Shown: piece after piece, positions 43,210 through 56,080 of the stretch
Position numbering within the stretch: the first letter of the stretch is position 1
Layout: the number at the start of each line of letters is the position of its first letter
Source: Octopus vulgaris
Lineage: Eukaryota
Direction: 5' to 3'
DNA length: 64,000 bases
NCBI GenBank assembly: GCA_951406725.2
Contig: OX597831.1
Span: 32,860,001-32,924,000, forward strand
Translations under genes and position numbers: made by a program
The notes under the pieces: model-generated
Told to the model about the DNA's origin: nothing
Databases searched by the model: none
Seen by the model: only the letters and a program-made list of their open reading frames with translations

Positions 43210-43411
43210 ATGCCGCGGTCTTTTCTGGTGAAAAGTAAGAAATCGCCTACCACCACCGCCGCCACCACCACCGACACCACCACCACCACCACCACCACCA
43301 CCGCCACCACCACCCACGACACCCCCACTACCGGCTCGAACCTCGACAACACAGGATCTATCAGAGAACGCGGCAGTGCTTTCACTGTGGTCACCCCAAG
43401 ACAGACAGCAG
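43210..43411 (+). CDS. First coding exon of a SNAG-domain transcriptional repressor, most similar to Gfi1/Senseless; downstream zinc-finger exons not found in window
   Basis: MPRSFLVKSKKSPTTT...RERGSAFTVVTPRQTA. MPRSFLVKSKK matches the vertebrate Gfi1/Gfi1b N-terminus. Consensus donor CAG|GTGAGT at 43411/43412 (phase 1); polypyrimidine tract and AAAG acceptor at 43190. Confidence 0.8.
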
Positions 43412-43771
43412 GTGAGTTCATGGCCTCCAAGATTCTTTCTTCATTCTTCTTCTTCTTCTTCTTCTTCTTCTTCTTCTTCTTCTTCTTCTTCTTCTTCTTC
43501 TTCTTCTTCTTCTTCTTCTTCTTCTTCTTTTTCTTCTTCTTCTCCTAATTTGTTCATCTTGTTTTTTTTTTAGTCTGTTTATAGTTTTTTCGTTCTTCTT
43601 GGCTTAGTTTTTTTTTATTTTCATATTATTTATTATACTTTTGTATTATTTATATATTTTTATATATTTTTCCCGCCACTTTGCACTCTTTTGGTTTCCA
43701 CCTTTAGCCCCTTATACACCAATAAACGCATACGTATATACATAAATATATATATACACATACATTGTCAT

Positions 43772-43824
<53 letters not shown>

Positions 43825-43838
43825 TATATATATACATG

Positions 43839-43879
<41 letters not shown>

Positions 43880-43929
43880 TCTGTATATACATACATATAT
43901 ATGTATATATATTCTGTATATATATATAC

Positions 43930-43980
<51 letters not shown>

Positions 43981-44080
43981 GGTGCCCCAGCATGGCCACA
44001 GCTCGTGAGCTTAAACTAGAATCAATCGAATCAATCATATATATATATATATACATACATATAGATATATACACATAGAT

Positions 44081-44129
<49 letters not shown>

Positions 44130-44150
44130 AAGAAAGATAGATAGATAGAT

Positions 44151-44197
<47 letters not shown>

Positions 44198-44210
44198 CAT
44201 TTCTACACAT

Positions 44211-44513
44211 ATAGGCGCAGACGCTTACTTCCCAACCATCTGATTCTGGGTTCAGTCCCGCTGAAATGACACCTTCGGCAAGTGACTTCTACTGTAGCCT
44301 CGAGCTGACTAAAACCCTGTGACAGGATTTGATAGAAAGAAACTGAAAGAAGTGCCTCGTGTCTATGTTTATCCATCCATCCATCCATCCATCTATCCAT
44401 ACATACATACATACATATGTATTTGTGTGTGAGCGCGCGTCTGTGTGTATGTGTGTTTCTGTTTGTCCTACACCAAAAAGACTGTCTGATATGACAAGAG
44501 CGAGGCTAAAACA

Positions 44514-44609
<96 letters not shown>

Positions 44610-44700
44610 TACGTCAGTACTGAGGCTGAGTTGTACGATTTAAACCCGTCAAAGCGTTGCCCCAACATGGCCGCAGTCCGATGACGGAAACAAGTGTAAA
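44211..44700 (+). mobile_element. Degenerate SINE family A
   Basis: taggcgcag head, ttcggcaagtgacttc segment and diverged tail, interrupted by (CA)n. Confidence 0.65.
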
Positions 44701-44854
44701 ACAAAATATACATAGATGCATATATATGTATTTATAAATGTATGTATATTAATATGTGTGTATGTGTGTGTGTGCCGTAGCGTCAAACTAATACACCTGA
44801 TTGTTTGTTTCTTCACCTGTCTTTGTCTTCTGTTTTCTGTACAACTGAACCGTG

Positions 44855-45097
<243 letters not shown>

Positions 45098-45141
45098 ATA
45101 TACATACATATATATACATACACACACATACATATATACAT

Positions 45142-45195
<54 letters not shown>

Positions 45196-45594
45196 GTACA
45201 TGTATTCATAACTATCTATCTATCGCTCTCTCTCTCTCTCTCTATACATATACATATATATATATATATAAATATATACATATATATATGTATGTGTTTA
45301 TGTGTTTATGTGTGTGTGTGTGTGTGCGTGAGTGTGTGTTTGTATATATATATATATATATATATATATGTAGAGAGAGAGAGAGAGAGAGAGCGAGCGA
45401 TACATAGTGATACATAATTATATAACGTATGTGTGTGTGTGTGTGTGTGTGTATAGATACACGTATACATTTCAAAATTACATCCATGCATATATAGAAA
45501 CATACACACATACGCACGAATATATTTATACACACGCATGTATGCATATATGTATATATGTATGTATGTATATATGTATATGTATATCTATATA

Positions 45595-45661
<67 letters not shown>

Positions 45662-45704
45662 GTGCATGTATGTGTGTCTGTGTGCATATATATATGTATA
45701 TATA

Positions 45705-45755
<51 letters not shown>

Positions 45756-45864
45756 ATATATATATATGTATACATATATATACCTGTATGTCTATCTAAC
45801 TATTTATCTAAGTCTATCTAACTGTCTGTCTGTATGTATGAATGTATGCATGTCGTCGTCAGAT

Positions 45865-45942
<78 letters not shown>

Positions 45943-47836
45943 TGATTGATAGATAGATAGATATGGCTCCATTCACACATACGTACACATACATATACCT
46001 ATGTATACATATACTACTTCGACCCTGAAATCACATTCTATAACAGTGACTCGACTTGCTATAGTTAATAGCCAAATCCGCCTCAAATCAACCCACTTGA
46101 ACGCCTTTAGCCATAACTGAATGACACATCGGTTGATATACTCTTAGATAAACTACATCAATAAACAAACAAAAAAAAAACTGGTTGGTCACGTTTGGAT
46201 CATTGTCCTTTGGAAGAGTGCTGACTGCGGTTGACGAATGTAAGTTGCAACAATGATAACATCAATAAAACAGTCAAATCTCCTTCAAATCACTCCTTAC
46301 ACCCTTTAAAAGAAAATAAATAAAACGAAGGACACTGCGCTATGTCCAAACACAAAAGGGCATGAAGGTCACGGATGGGTACCCTCGATTATGGGATTCG
46401 ACTGTCGGGTCAGGGTTGACCTAGGCCTAAACAATATCTGATGAATGACGTACAATTTAACAATTTTGCCGATATAACGAGTCAATCTCTATATGGTAAC
46501 ACAACATGCTAGAAATCGCAGCCAATTGTTGTCCTACAAACACTGAATGAAGGTGTGGTTAAGAAGCATGCCTTGAAGCTACATTTCTTCGGGTTCAATC
46601 TCACTGCGTGGTACTTTGGGTAAGTATCTTTTGTCAAAGCTCCAGACTGACCAATGCTTTCTGGGTGAATTTGACTGACAGAAACTGTGCAGATGTCTTC
46701 TCACTTATATCTGTCTATATATTGTGTATATGTGTGTATATATTAACAATATATATGTCTATATATTGTGTATATGCGTGTGCGTCTTTGTGTTTGCGTT
46801 TGTCTCCCTTCAACCGCTTGACAACAGGTATTGGTTTGTTTATGTCCAAACAGACCGATAAAATGAATCCGACGGATGGGGTCAGATGGATCATCTTTGA
46901 CTATGGGTCCCAACAACTGTACCAACTTCTTTTATTTGATTACTTTTTGTTTGGGGCTTTTCCGCGGTTTAAAGTTAAAAAAAGAGGGTCCTCACCTCAC
47001 TGCCCTTTCTTCTCTCTGTTCCTTGGGGATCTTGAATAATATAAATATGGAGGGCACACTTTTTAAAAAACCTGTAATGAACGGTTTTTATCTTTTGTAG
47101 GGTTTTGTAAACGGGAAATCAATCCCTAGGGGCTAGAAAAATTTGTTATTGTTGTCGTTAAGTCTTAGGTCAAGGCTAACCAACAACACCCTATGGTCAA
47201 AAGTATTCCAACCGTGACTCTCTTGTCGCTACCTTCTAGTGTGTTTATCAAAAGGTGGACGTGAGTGGCAAGACTGGAGAGGTTGAATGGATCTACTCTG
47301 AGTGTGCTTTTTTAAGTAGGAGAAAAGAAACTGGAAGATGGCACTTCCCATGCCCTGGGGACGGCAGAATAATCTGGAACTCCTTGTGTGGGGTTTTACC
47401 CCTGAATTACCCGAAGTGAACTACCCCGATTTTGGAGATTCTGTTTATTTATCTATTTTTATAATTTCTATTAATATATCTTTTTTGTTGTATCCCTTAA
47501 TATTGTAGTGTCTCCCTTGTCCTTTGATTGTTGTTTTCCATGTCTTGGGGGCCCTGGCGGCCACTAAAAGAAACCATCATCATCGTCATCATCGTCATCA
47601 TCGTCGTCATCATCATCATCGTCATCGTCATCGTCATAGTCATGATCATCATCATTATTATCATTGTAGAATTCTCTCTCAATCGTTCTATGTTCCAAAA
47701 CTCTACTAGTTACTGTATCCATTGTTTAAGATGATACGGTGCAATTTGAGGGAGATTTGGCTGCTATTTCTCACTTTCTAGCTGGTCGGGTCATAATAAT
47801 GTTGTATTTGGAGCTGTGCGTTTATTTTTGTTTGCT

Positions 47837-48050
47837 GTGGGTCGTCACGTGATATCGTCCATTTCCTGTGCTCTGTTGTGAGTTGTCACGCGATGATGTC
47901 TATTACCGAAGGTCTTTTGTGAGTCGTCACGTGATGTTTGTGGCTTGTTTAAGCCTTCACACAGTGTTGTTGTGGAGTGTAGTTAATTGTGGGTGGGTAC
48001 ACGATTTGGATTGTCGTTTGTTGTGAATGGTCACATGATATCATCTGTGG
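47837..48050. repeat. Degenerate ~41-bp minisatellite with TCACGTGA-type cores
   Basis: TCACGTGA at 47845, TCACGCGA at 47886, TCACGTGA at 47927, TCACATGA at 48031. Confidence 0.6.
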
Positions 48051-48369
48051 ACAGTTGTTGGTTGTCGTTTGACGTTGTTAGTGATTTGTTGTGTAGTCTC
48101 AATAATCTTTCTTGTGGTCTGTTGTGGACAAACGTGATTAATAGTCGTATTACCAGGTGCGAGTTTCTATTGTCGGTCAGCGATGACCTTGGGTTAAACA
48201 ACAACACAACACAGGCTGGCCACTCCTGGACTGTCTTTAATCATTGACCTGTTCGATCAGTGATTAATTGGGGGGAAACACGAATAAACGTTATTATTAA
48301 CCACTCTATTATGTCACCGAATACTAGATCTTTGGATCCAAGTTTCTGACACAGAGAAAAACATCTGTT

Positions 48370-48585
48370 AAGGTGGCAGATTGGTAGAGCCGTAAGCAAA
48401 CCGGACACAACGCTCAGCGATAGTTCATCCGTCTTTATACTCTGGGTTCAAATTCCACCGAGGTCGACCTTGCCTTTCATCCTTTCGGGGTCAATAAAAT
48501 AAGTACCAGTTGGGTACTAGGGTCAATGTAATCGACTTACTTCCCTCCTCCGAAGTTGCTGGCCTTGTGCCAAAATTTGAAACCC
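48370..48585 (+). mobile_element. SINE family B, full length, diverged
   Basis: aaggtggcagattggtagag head, GGGTTCAAATTCC box, body, ggccttgtgccaaaatttgaaacc tail. Confidence 0.8.
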
Positions 48586-48698
48586 ATATGATTATAACTA
48601 AATTCTCAAGTAGCATCAGCGCTATCATATATATGTGTAAATATGAATGTGTGTGTATGTATGTATATACATATATATATATGTGCGTGCGTGTGTAC

Positions 48699-48774
<76 letters not shown>

Positions 48775-48827
48775 GTGTGTGTGTGTGTGTGTGTATGTAT
48801 ATGCATGTATATGTATATATATTTTAG

Positions 48828-49010
48828 GTGCTGGTGGTACGTAAAAAGCACCCATCACACTCTTGGAGTGGTTGGCGTTATGAAGGGCATCCAGCTGTCG
48901 AAACCATACCAAATCAGTTTGGGGCCTGCAGCAGACTGAGAACCGTCCAACCCATGCCAGCATGGAAAGCAGGCGTGAAACGACGACGACGACGACGATG
49001 ATGATGATGA
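48828..49010 (+). mobile_element. SINE 3' portion with RTE-UTR-like (Ceph-domain-like) segment and (GAT)n tail
   Basis: ggttggcgttatgaagggcatccagctgtcgaaac...aacccatgccagcatggaaa...gatgatgat. Resemblance to RTE-derived bipartite tails is from memory, not from a search. Confidence 0.5.
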
Positions 49011-49507
49011 TATATATATATATATACACTCACATGTATATATATATATGAGTGTATATGTGTATGAATGTATGTATATGTGTATATATATCTTCACATG
49101 GAAACAATTCAGCTATTTAATAAATTGACATGACAAAAATCATTGGGAAAGCAAGCAACTGTTAGTCTGGCAACGTGTACGATATCGATTGTCTGATTGA
49201 CTTTTGTTTGATATTATTGCCTGATGCAAGTTTGTGTTCGATATATATGTTTGATCTGTATCTTTGATAAGTATAGGTTTGTATGTCTGATACTTTTCAT
49301 ATATGTTTGATGTCTTTGTTTGATGTATGTTTGCATGATATGTGAGTACCTGTATGTTTGATATACCCGTATGATACACGTGGCCTTGACAAACGTCTGT
49401 TTGATCAAAGACCAATTAACTGCTAGCCATTAACTTCGAAAGTAGAAATATTATTATTATTATTATTATTGTTATTATTATCCCCCTTACTCCCCCTTTC
49501 ATCATTG

Positions 49508-49541
<34 letters not shown>

Positions 49542-49787
49542 TGTATGTATGTACGTATGTATGTATGTATGTATGTATGTACGTATATATATATATGTAT
49601 ATGTATAGTGTATGTGTATATGTGCGCATATATATTTATATATATATATAATTATTATTTGAGGGAATATAAATACAAACTTACAGGGATTATTTTAATT
49701 TTAATATTTCTATTATATGTAATTTTCTAGATGGTGTAATTTAATTGTTCATTTTGAATTGATAAAAGGTGTTATTTTTTCTAATTT

Positions 49788-49856
<69 letters not shown>

Positions 49857-50129
49857 GTATGTATATATATATATATATATATATACATACACACACACAC
49901 ACAAACACATATATATATATATAAGTACACAAACACCCATATACATTTATATTGTTTATTTTATTCTTTTATACGTTTCAGCACTAAGGCTGTGACCATG
50001 ATGGAGCACTGCCAGTGCAATCTAAGCCAGTCTTATGTGATTGGCTGTTGGTGAAGGAGGAAGTTCGACCCTGCTGCCCTCTGTTATAATATCAGATATA
50101 CAAATCCATATAATAAATATAAAAGTAAT

Positions 50130-50189
<60 letters not shown>

Positions 50190-50192
<3 letters not shown>

Positions 50193-50550
50193 TCATTGAA
50201 GTAGGCATACCAAATGACATGAATGTTGTGAGAAAAGAGGCTGAAAAAAATCACCAAGTACTGCGAATTGAAAGTGGAAATGGCAAGACTGTATGGAATG
50301 CGAGAGGGTAATGTAAAGGTGAAACCAGTGGTGATCGGAGTGTTGGGTTCAATCCCATTTAAACTTCAAGACTTCTTAAGGCAACTGGAAATCCAATGCA
50401 AGATTGATGTCTTGCAAAAAAGCAGCCTTCCTGGGCATAGCGCACATCTTAAGGAAAGTATTATCTGTCTGAAGTCCTTGTTGTGACTTGACAGATGACT
50501 AAAGACTACGGTGCATTTTTACCTACACTGTGTTACGAAGGGATAGGAAT
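50190..50550 (+). mobile_element. R4/Dong-type LINE 3' fragment (RLE C-terminus) between (AAT)n tracts
   Basis: IIEVGIPND...KEAEK/ITKYCELKVEMARLY...KPVVIGVLGSIP...LQKSSL; (AAT)n on both sides. Confidence 0.8.
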
Positions 50551-50565
50551 AATAATAATAATAAT

Positions 50566-50822
50566 AGATGGTGCCAATTATTATTGGGTGCTTGGAGACA
50601 GTATCAGAAGGCATCAAGAGGAATATCAAGGAAATTGGAATAGAGTGCCTACGAGAACTGTTACAAAAGGTTTGCCTCCTTAGCACGGCCAGAATAACCA
50701 GGAAAGTATTAGATAGCTGAAAAGACCGGATAGTATGGTACCCGTAGGCTGCAGGTAGTAATCCCGCTACAAATGCAAGGCTCCAGGAGTTCCAACAAAA
50801 CCTGTGATAAACAGAAATAATA
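50566..50822 (+). mobile_element. Second R4/Dong-type 3' fragment in tandem, same family as 14095-15475
   Basis: VPIIIGCLETVSEGIKRNIKEIGI...LLQKVCLLSTARITRKVLDS*; 3' UTR homologous to 15369-15475. Confidence 0.8.
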
Positions 50823-50918
50823 ATACAGATATTTATATGTACATATATATTTTTTAATTTTTAAAATTTTACCTAGTTTCAGCTCACGAGCTGTGGCCAT
50901 GCTGGGGCACTGCCATTA

Positions 50919-51108
50919 TAGATCGTTAGCCACTACATACATTTTTTCTCTCCTTGTTTCTCTCCTTGCTTTTTTCTGCGTTCCTTTCTGTAGAAGAGCG
51001 TAGGCTCGAAACATAAAAGACTTTTTCTATTCCTGAACGTTATACTAATACATCTGTTTGTTTTGTACACCACCTGTCTTCGTCTTTCGTTTTTTTACCG
51101 TAAAATCT

Positions 51109-51112
<4 letters not shown>
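50919..51112 (+). mobile_element. Family D with hammerhead-like motif (50984-51019)
   Basis: CTTT-CTGTAGA-A-GAGCgtagGCTC-GAAA-CATA-AAAG. Confidence 0.7.
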
Positions 51113-51142
<30 letters not shown>

Positions 51143-51483
51143 TTACACACGCGCATGCGTTTATGTGTGTATCTACGTACCTGTGAAAGCGTATACACGT
51201 ATTAATATTTATTTATTGATAAATCTAACAGCAGGTGAACTTTCACTTCTTGAGTTTTCATTGTTGCCACACCCAAATCTAGCAAAATCTATCACGGAAA
51301 ACGGGTGGCACATACTAACTGATGCATGCAAGCAAATCCGCGCGCACGCACACACATACGTACACACGCACACACATTGAGATACGAGAGCATGTACACT
51401 CACTATCTCTCTGACAAACAGTTGCTTACATAAACAAACAACGTCGGTACATTCACACGCATCTATATATTGACACATATATG

Positions 51484-51540
<57 letters not shown>

Positions 51541-51541
<1 letters not shown>

Positions 51542-51800
51542 CTCTTTTATTTGTTTCAGTCATTTGACTATGGCCATGTTGGAGCACCGCCTTTAGTCGA
51601 GCAGATCGATCCCAGGACTTATTCTTTGTAAGCCTAATACTTACGACGGGCTTCTTTCAGTTTCCGTCTACCAAATCCACTCACAAGTCTTTATTGGCTC
51701 GAGGCTATAGTAGAAGACACTTGCCCAGGGTGCCACGCAGTGGGACTGAACCCGGAACAATGTGATTGGTAAGCAAGCTACTTACCACACAGCCACTCCT
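51541..51800 (-). mobile_element. SINE family A, internally deleted
   Basis: Tail joined directly to the 5' half at ~51645. Confidence 0.85.
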
Positions 51801-52124
51801 AAGCCTATATATAATTATCTATATATACATGTGCATACATTGTGCATACATGAATATATATACATGTATATGTATCCATATACACAGATATAAACACACA
51901 CACACACACACATAACACACACATATGTACATATGTATTTACATATATATACGCGTATGTATTTGTACGCAGATGAACAACGCCAATGTGAGTGTGTACG
52001 CGTGCGCACACACACACAATGCACACATACATGCACACACACATATATACATATATATATATATTAATAGATATACACATATATATATACACATATATAT
52101 ATTTATATATATATACACATTATA

Positions 52125-52520
52125 TAGGAGTGGCTGTGTGGTAAGTAGCTTGCTAACCAACCACATGGTTCCGGGTTCAGTCCCACTGCGTGGCATCTTG
52201 GGCAGGTGTCTTCTGCTATAGCCCCGGGCCGACCAATGCCTTGTGAATGGATTTGGTAGACGGAAACTAAAAGAAGCCTGTCGTATATATGTATATATAT
52301 GTATGTGAGTGTGTTTGTGTGTCTGTGTTTGTCCCCCTAGCATTGCTTGACAACCGATGCTGGTGTGTTTACGTCCCCGTCACTTACCGGTTCGGCAAAA
52401 AGAGACCGATAGAATAAGTACTGGGCTTACAAAAAGAATAAGTCCCGGGGTCGAGTTGCTCGACTAAAGGCGGTGCTCCAGCATGGCCGCAGTCAAATGA
52501 CTGAAACAAGTAAAAGAGTA
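52125..52520 (+). mobile_element. SINE family A, full length, young
   Basis: Complete head, body and tail. Confidence 0.9.
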
Positions 52521-52629
52521 AAATAAAAAAGAGATAAACATATATGTATACACACACACACGCACACACACGCATACGCGCGCGCATACACACACACACG
52601 CACACAACGCATATGCATACACACACAGA

Positions 52630-52795
52630 GAACAAAATGCAAAAAGGAAAAAGCAAAAGACAGGGCCAGGTAAGAAAACAATGAACAAGGTGTATAAGTT
52701 TGACGCTCAGGAAAAATGGAAGAAGTCTTTGACGTTTCGAGCCGACGCTCTTTGACAGTAAGGAACAAGGAGAGAAAACAGAAGGAGATGGACAT
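52630..52795 (-). mobile_element. Family D, diverged subfamily, hammerhead-like motif at 52727-52762
   Basis: Minus strand reads CTTA-CTGTCAA-A-GAGCgtcgGCTC-GAAA-CGTC-AAAG. Confidence 0.6.
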
Positions 52796-53812
52796 ACATA
52801 TGTACATATACACAAACACATGCACGTATGTATGTATGTATGTATGTATGTATGTATGTATGTATGTATGTATGTATGTATGTATGTATGTATGTGTGCA
52901 TGTGTGTATGTATGTGTATATCTATGGGTGTATATAAACTGTGAACTAGTCAAGTTGTTTGAGCCTCGGGTGGCGTGATTTATGGTATTTCATCCTGCTC
53001 CTGTTGTGATTGTGAGGCCTATAAACCATCACGTCAGTCACAGTCTAAGATCGATCCTTCTACCTTTCTCTACTTGTGGTTTAGATCCGCTGTGATCAAG
53101 CACGAGGATCGTTGGTCACTAACAGCCCTTTATAAAAATGACCCAAACTCACAAAGTTCGTCGGAATTTGAAGGGCCCAACCGCCATGCGATTACAATCC
53201 AAATGCCACTGTTACCACCACTACCACCATCACCACCATCACCACCACCGCCACCACCCCACCACCACCACCACCACCACCATTACCACCACCACCACTA
53301 CCAAACCACCACCACCATCACCAACAACAACAACAACAACAACGAAGTCTGCAACATCTACAACAAACAAACGAAAAAATTACCTTACCGTGTCTAGAGT
53401 TCGAGACACAGTAAGGTACTCGATATACCCTTGAACCAATCCTGCCTGGTACCCGATCACCCATTAAAATTAGTTTTCTATTTATCGGACTATCTCTGGG
53501 GTAGAGCTTCTTGTTTTATAGAAACAAATAATGAATTAAATGAAAATGAAGTTGTTTAGATTTATGAAAGAGGTGAGGTTAGTGAGAGGTGCAGGGAGAG
53601 GGGAAGTAGAAAAGAGAGAGAGAGAGAGAAAGAGAGGGGGAGAGAGAGAAAAGGGGAAGAAAGTAAAATTAGAATCTGAGGAGAGGTGAAGACCGAGAGA
53701 AGGAGAGAGAGAAAGGGAAGAAATTCGATCGGGAAAACACACATACACACATGCATATATATATATATATATATATTAAATACATATATACATACAAACA
53801 TCATACATACAC

Positions 53813-53909
<97 letters not shown>

Positions 53910-54038
53910 AAATGTGATAACAAAGCCTAGGCTACGAAGAGTTTTCAGGAAATTTGTAAGGAAAAAGATATAGGTGCTCCAGCATAGCCACAGTCAAATG
54001 ACTGAAACAAGTAAAAGAGTAAAAGAGTAAAAGAGAGG

Positions 54039-54094
54039 TATAGTCTTACAGCTGTTTCTGGGATATTATGGATATTCCTTCATCAGAGACGATG
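54039..54094 (-). ncRNA. Minimal type I hammerhead ribozyme motif with canonical core (Penelope-like)
   Basis: Minus strand reads GTCT-CTGATGA-A-GGAATAT-ccata-ATATCCC-A-GAAA-CAGCTG-TA-AGAC: stem I GTCT/AGAC, palindromic stem III ACAGCTGT, GUA cleavage triplet. Confidence 0.7.
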
Positions 54095-54400
54095 TAAGAT
54101 GGTTAAATAAGGGTAAATATTTGAGTTCGAAATAAGGAATTATTATGAAAATGGACGAGATAGGGAATATATATATGTATATATATATACTTATAAATAT
54201 ACATACTGTATATACATACGAATATATATGTATGTATGTATATATATATATATGTATATATATATATGCATGTATATGTATGTATATATGCATATATATA
54301 TATATATGTGTGCATATGCATGTTTATGTATGCATATATATATGTGCATATATATATACATAATCACATATATATACAAATGTAAATATATATGTGTGTG

Positions 54401-54461
<61 letters not shown>

Positions 54462-55043
54462 CTGAGAAGGAGAGAGGGAGGGAGAAAGAGAGAGGGAGAG
54501 ATGGAGAGATAAAGAGACAGAGAATGGGAAGGGAATGTAAAATTTAAGACTATTTACGTTGGTGGCGGTGTTAGTGAAGGTGTAAGAGAGATATTATGAA
54601 GGTGTGAAGTTCATGCCTCTCCACCAAGGGGCATATATAACATCAGTGATGTAAGACAATAGAGATTTATTGTTGTCACTGTCGTTGTAATTGTTGTTGC
54701 TGTTGTTGTTGTTGTTGTTGTCATATGGGAATCAGAACCGGGTGTTGAACCGGGATTCGGTTAGTGAAGATCTTCACACCTGAAATTATTGCCTACAGTA
54801 AGTGTGGTGGTGGTGATGGTGGTAGCGGCGGCGGCGATGGTGGTCTTGGTGTTGGTGTTGGAGGGGTGTCGTTGGTCATAGCAATGGTGTCGGTGGTGGT
54901 GTTAGTGGTAGAGGTTGGCGGTGGTAGTAAAAAGGTCGGTGGTGGCGGTAGTCGTGTGGTTGTGTTCATGACAAGATGTCTGTCTGTCTTCTTATCAGCC
55001 AATCAGTTAGTCTGCCTTCTACCTCATTCTACGATATAACACA

Positions 55044-55077
<34 letters not shown>

Positions 55078-55343
55078 TGCACACACACACACACATGCAC
55101 ACACACGCGCTCACACACACACACGCTCACACACATATATATATACATATATAGATATATATATATATATAGATATATATGTATATATACATACATATAC
55201 ATATACATACATGTATATATATATATATGCATATATGTATGTATACACACACATACACACAGACATATATATATATAGACACACATACATATCTTTAATC
55301 TTTAAATTGTTTCAGCTTCGAGGCTGCGGTCATGCTAGGATAT

Positions 55344-55442
<99 letters not shown>

Positions 55443-55506
55443 TATATGTTATGTATAATTATGTATATATATATATATTTATGTTATGTATAATTATGTA
55501 TGTATG

Positions 55507-55587
<81 letters not shown>

Positions 55588-55883
55588 CATACACGTGTGT
55601 GTGTCTCAAAGAATTCTCTAGGGATGAAATGCTACATGCAATTAATACACTCTCTCCACTTCTTCCGGCACACGACACGCTTGTATACATGAACAAATAC
55701 AGTCACACTCGTACACACACAAACACGCACACACACACAGACACACACACGCACAATCCACTAAGGATAAATTTTCTTAGCCTCATACGCTGCATATTAA
55801 ATTTTAAATATGGGTCAACTGAAATTTTAAAAGTTCTCTCCCTTGCTGTTTTCCGAAAGTATTTTCATTAACGCTAACGTCAT

Positions 55884-56045
55884 AGGCGCAGGAGTGGCTG
55901 TGTGGTAAGTAGCTTGCTAACCAGCCACATGGTTCCGGGTTCAATCCCACTGCGTGGCATCTTGGGCAAGTGTCTTCTGCTATAGCCCCGGGCCGACCAA
56001 TGCCTTGTGAGTGGATTTGGTAGACGGAAACTGAAAGAAGCCTGA

Positions 56046-56080
<35 letters not shown>

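Noticed and set aside
47240-47420. Possible 3' end of an L1/Tx1-type LINE (FIKRWT*VARLERLNG...)
   Set aside because: Too short and degenerate to support without a database search.
52975-53397. Possible exon 2 of the SNAG gene (acceptor tttag at ~53084, Pro/His-rich frame)
   Set aside because: Joining it to the phase-1 donor at 43411 gives GAT CCG CTG TGA, an immediate stop. The open frame needs phase 2 and ends without zinc fingers.
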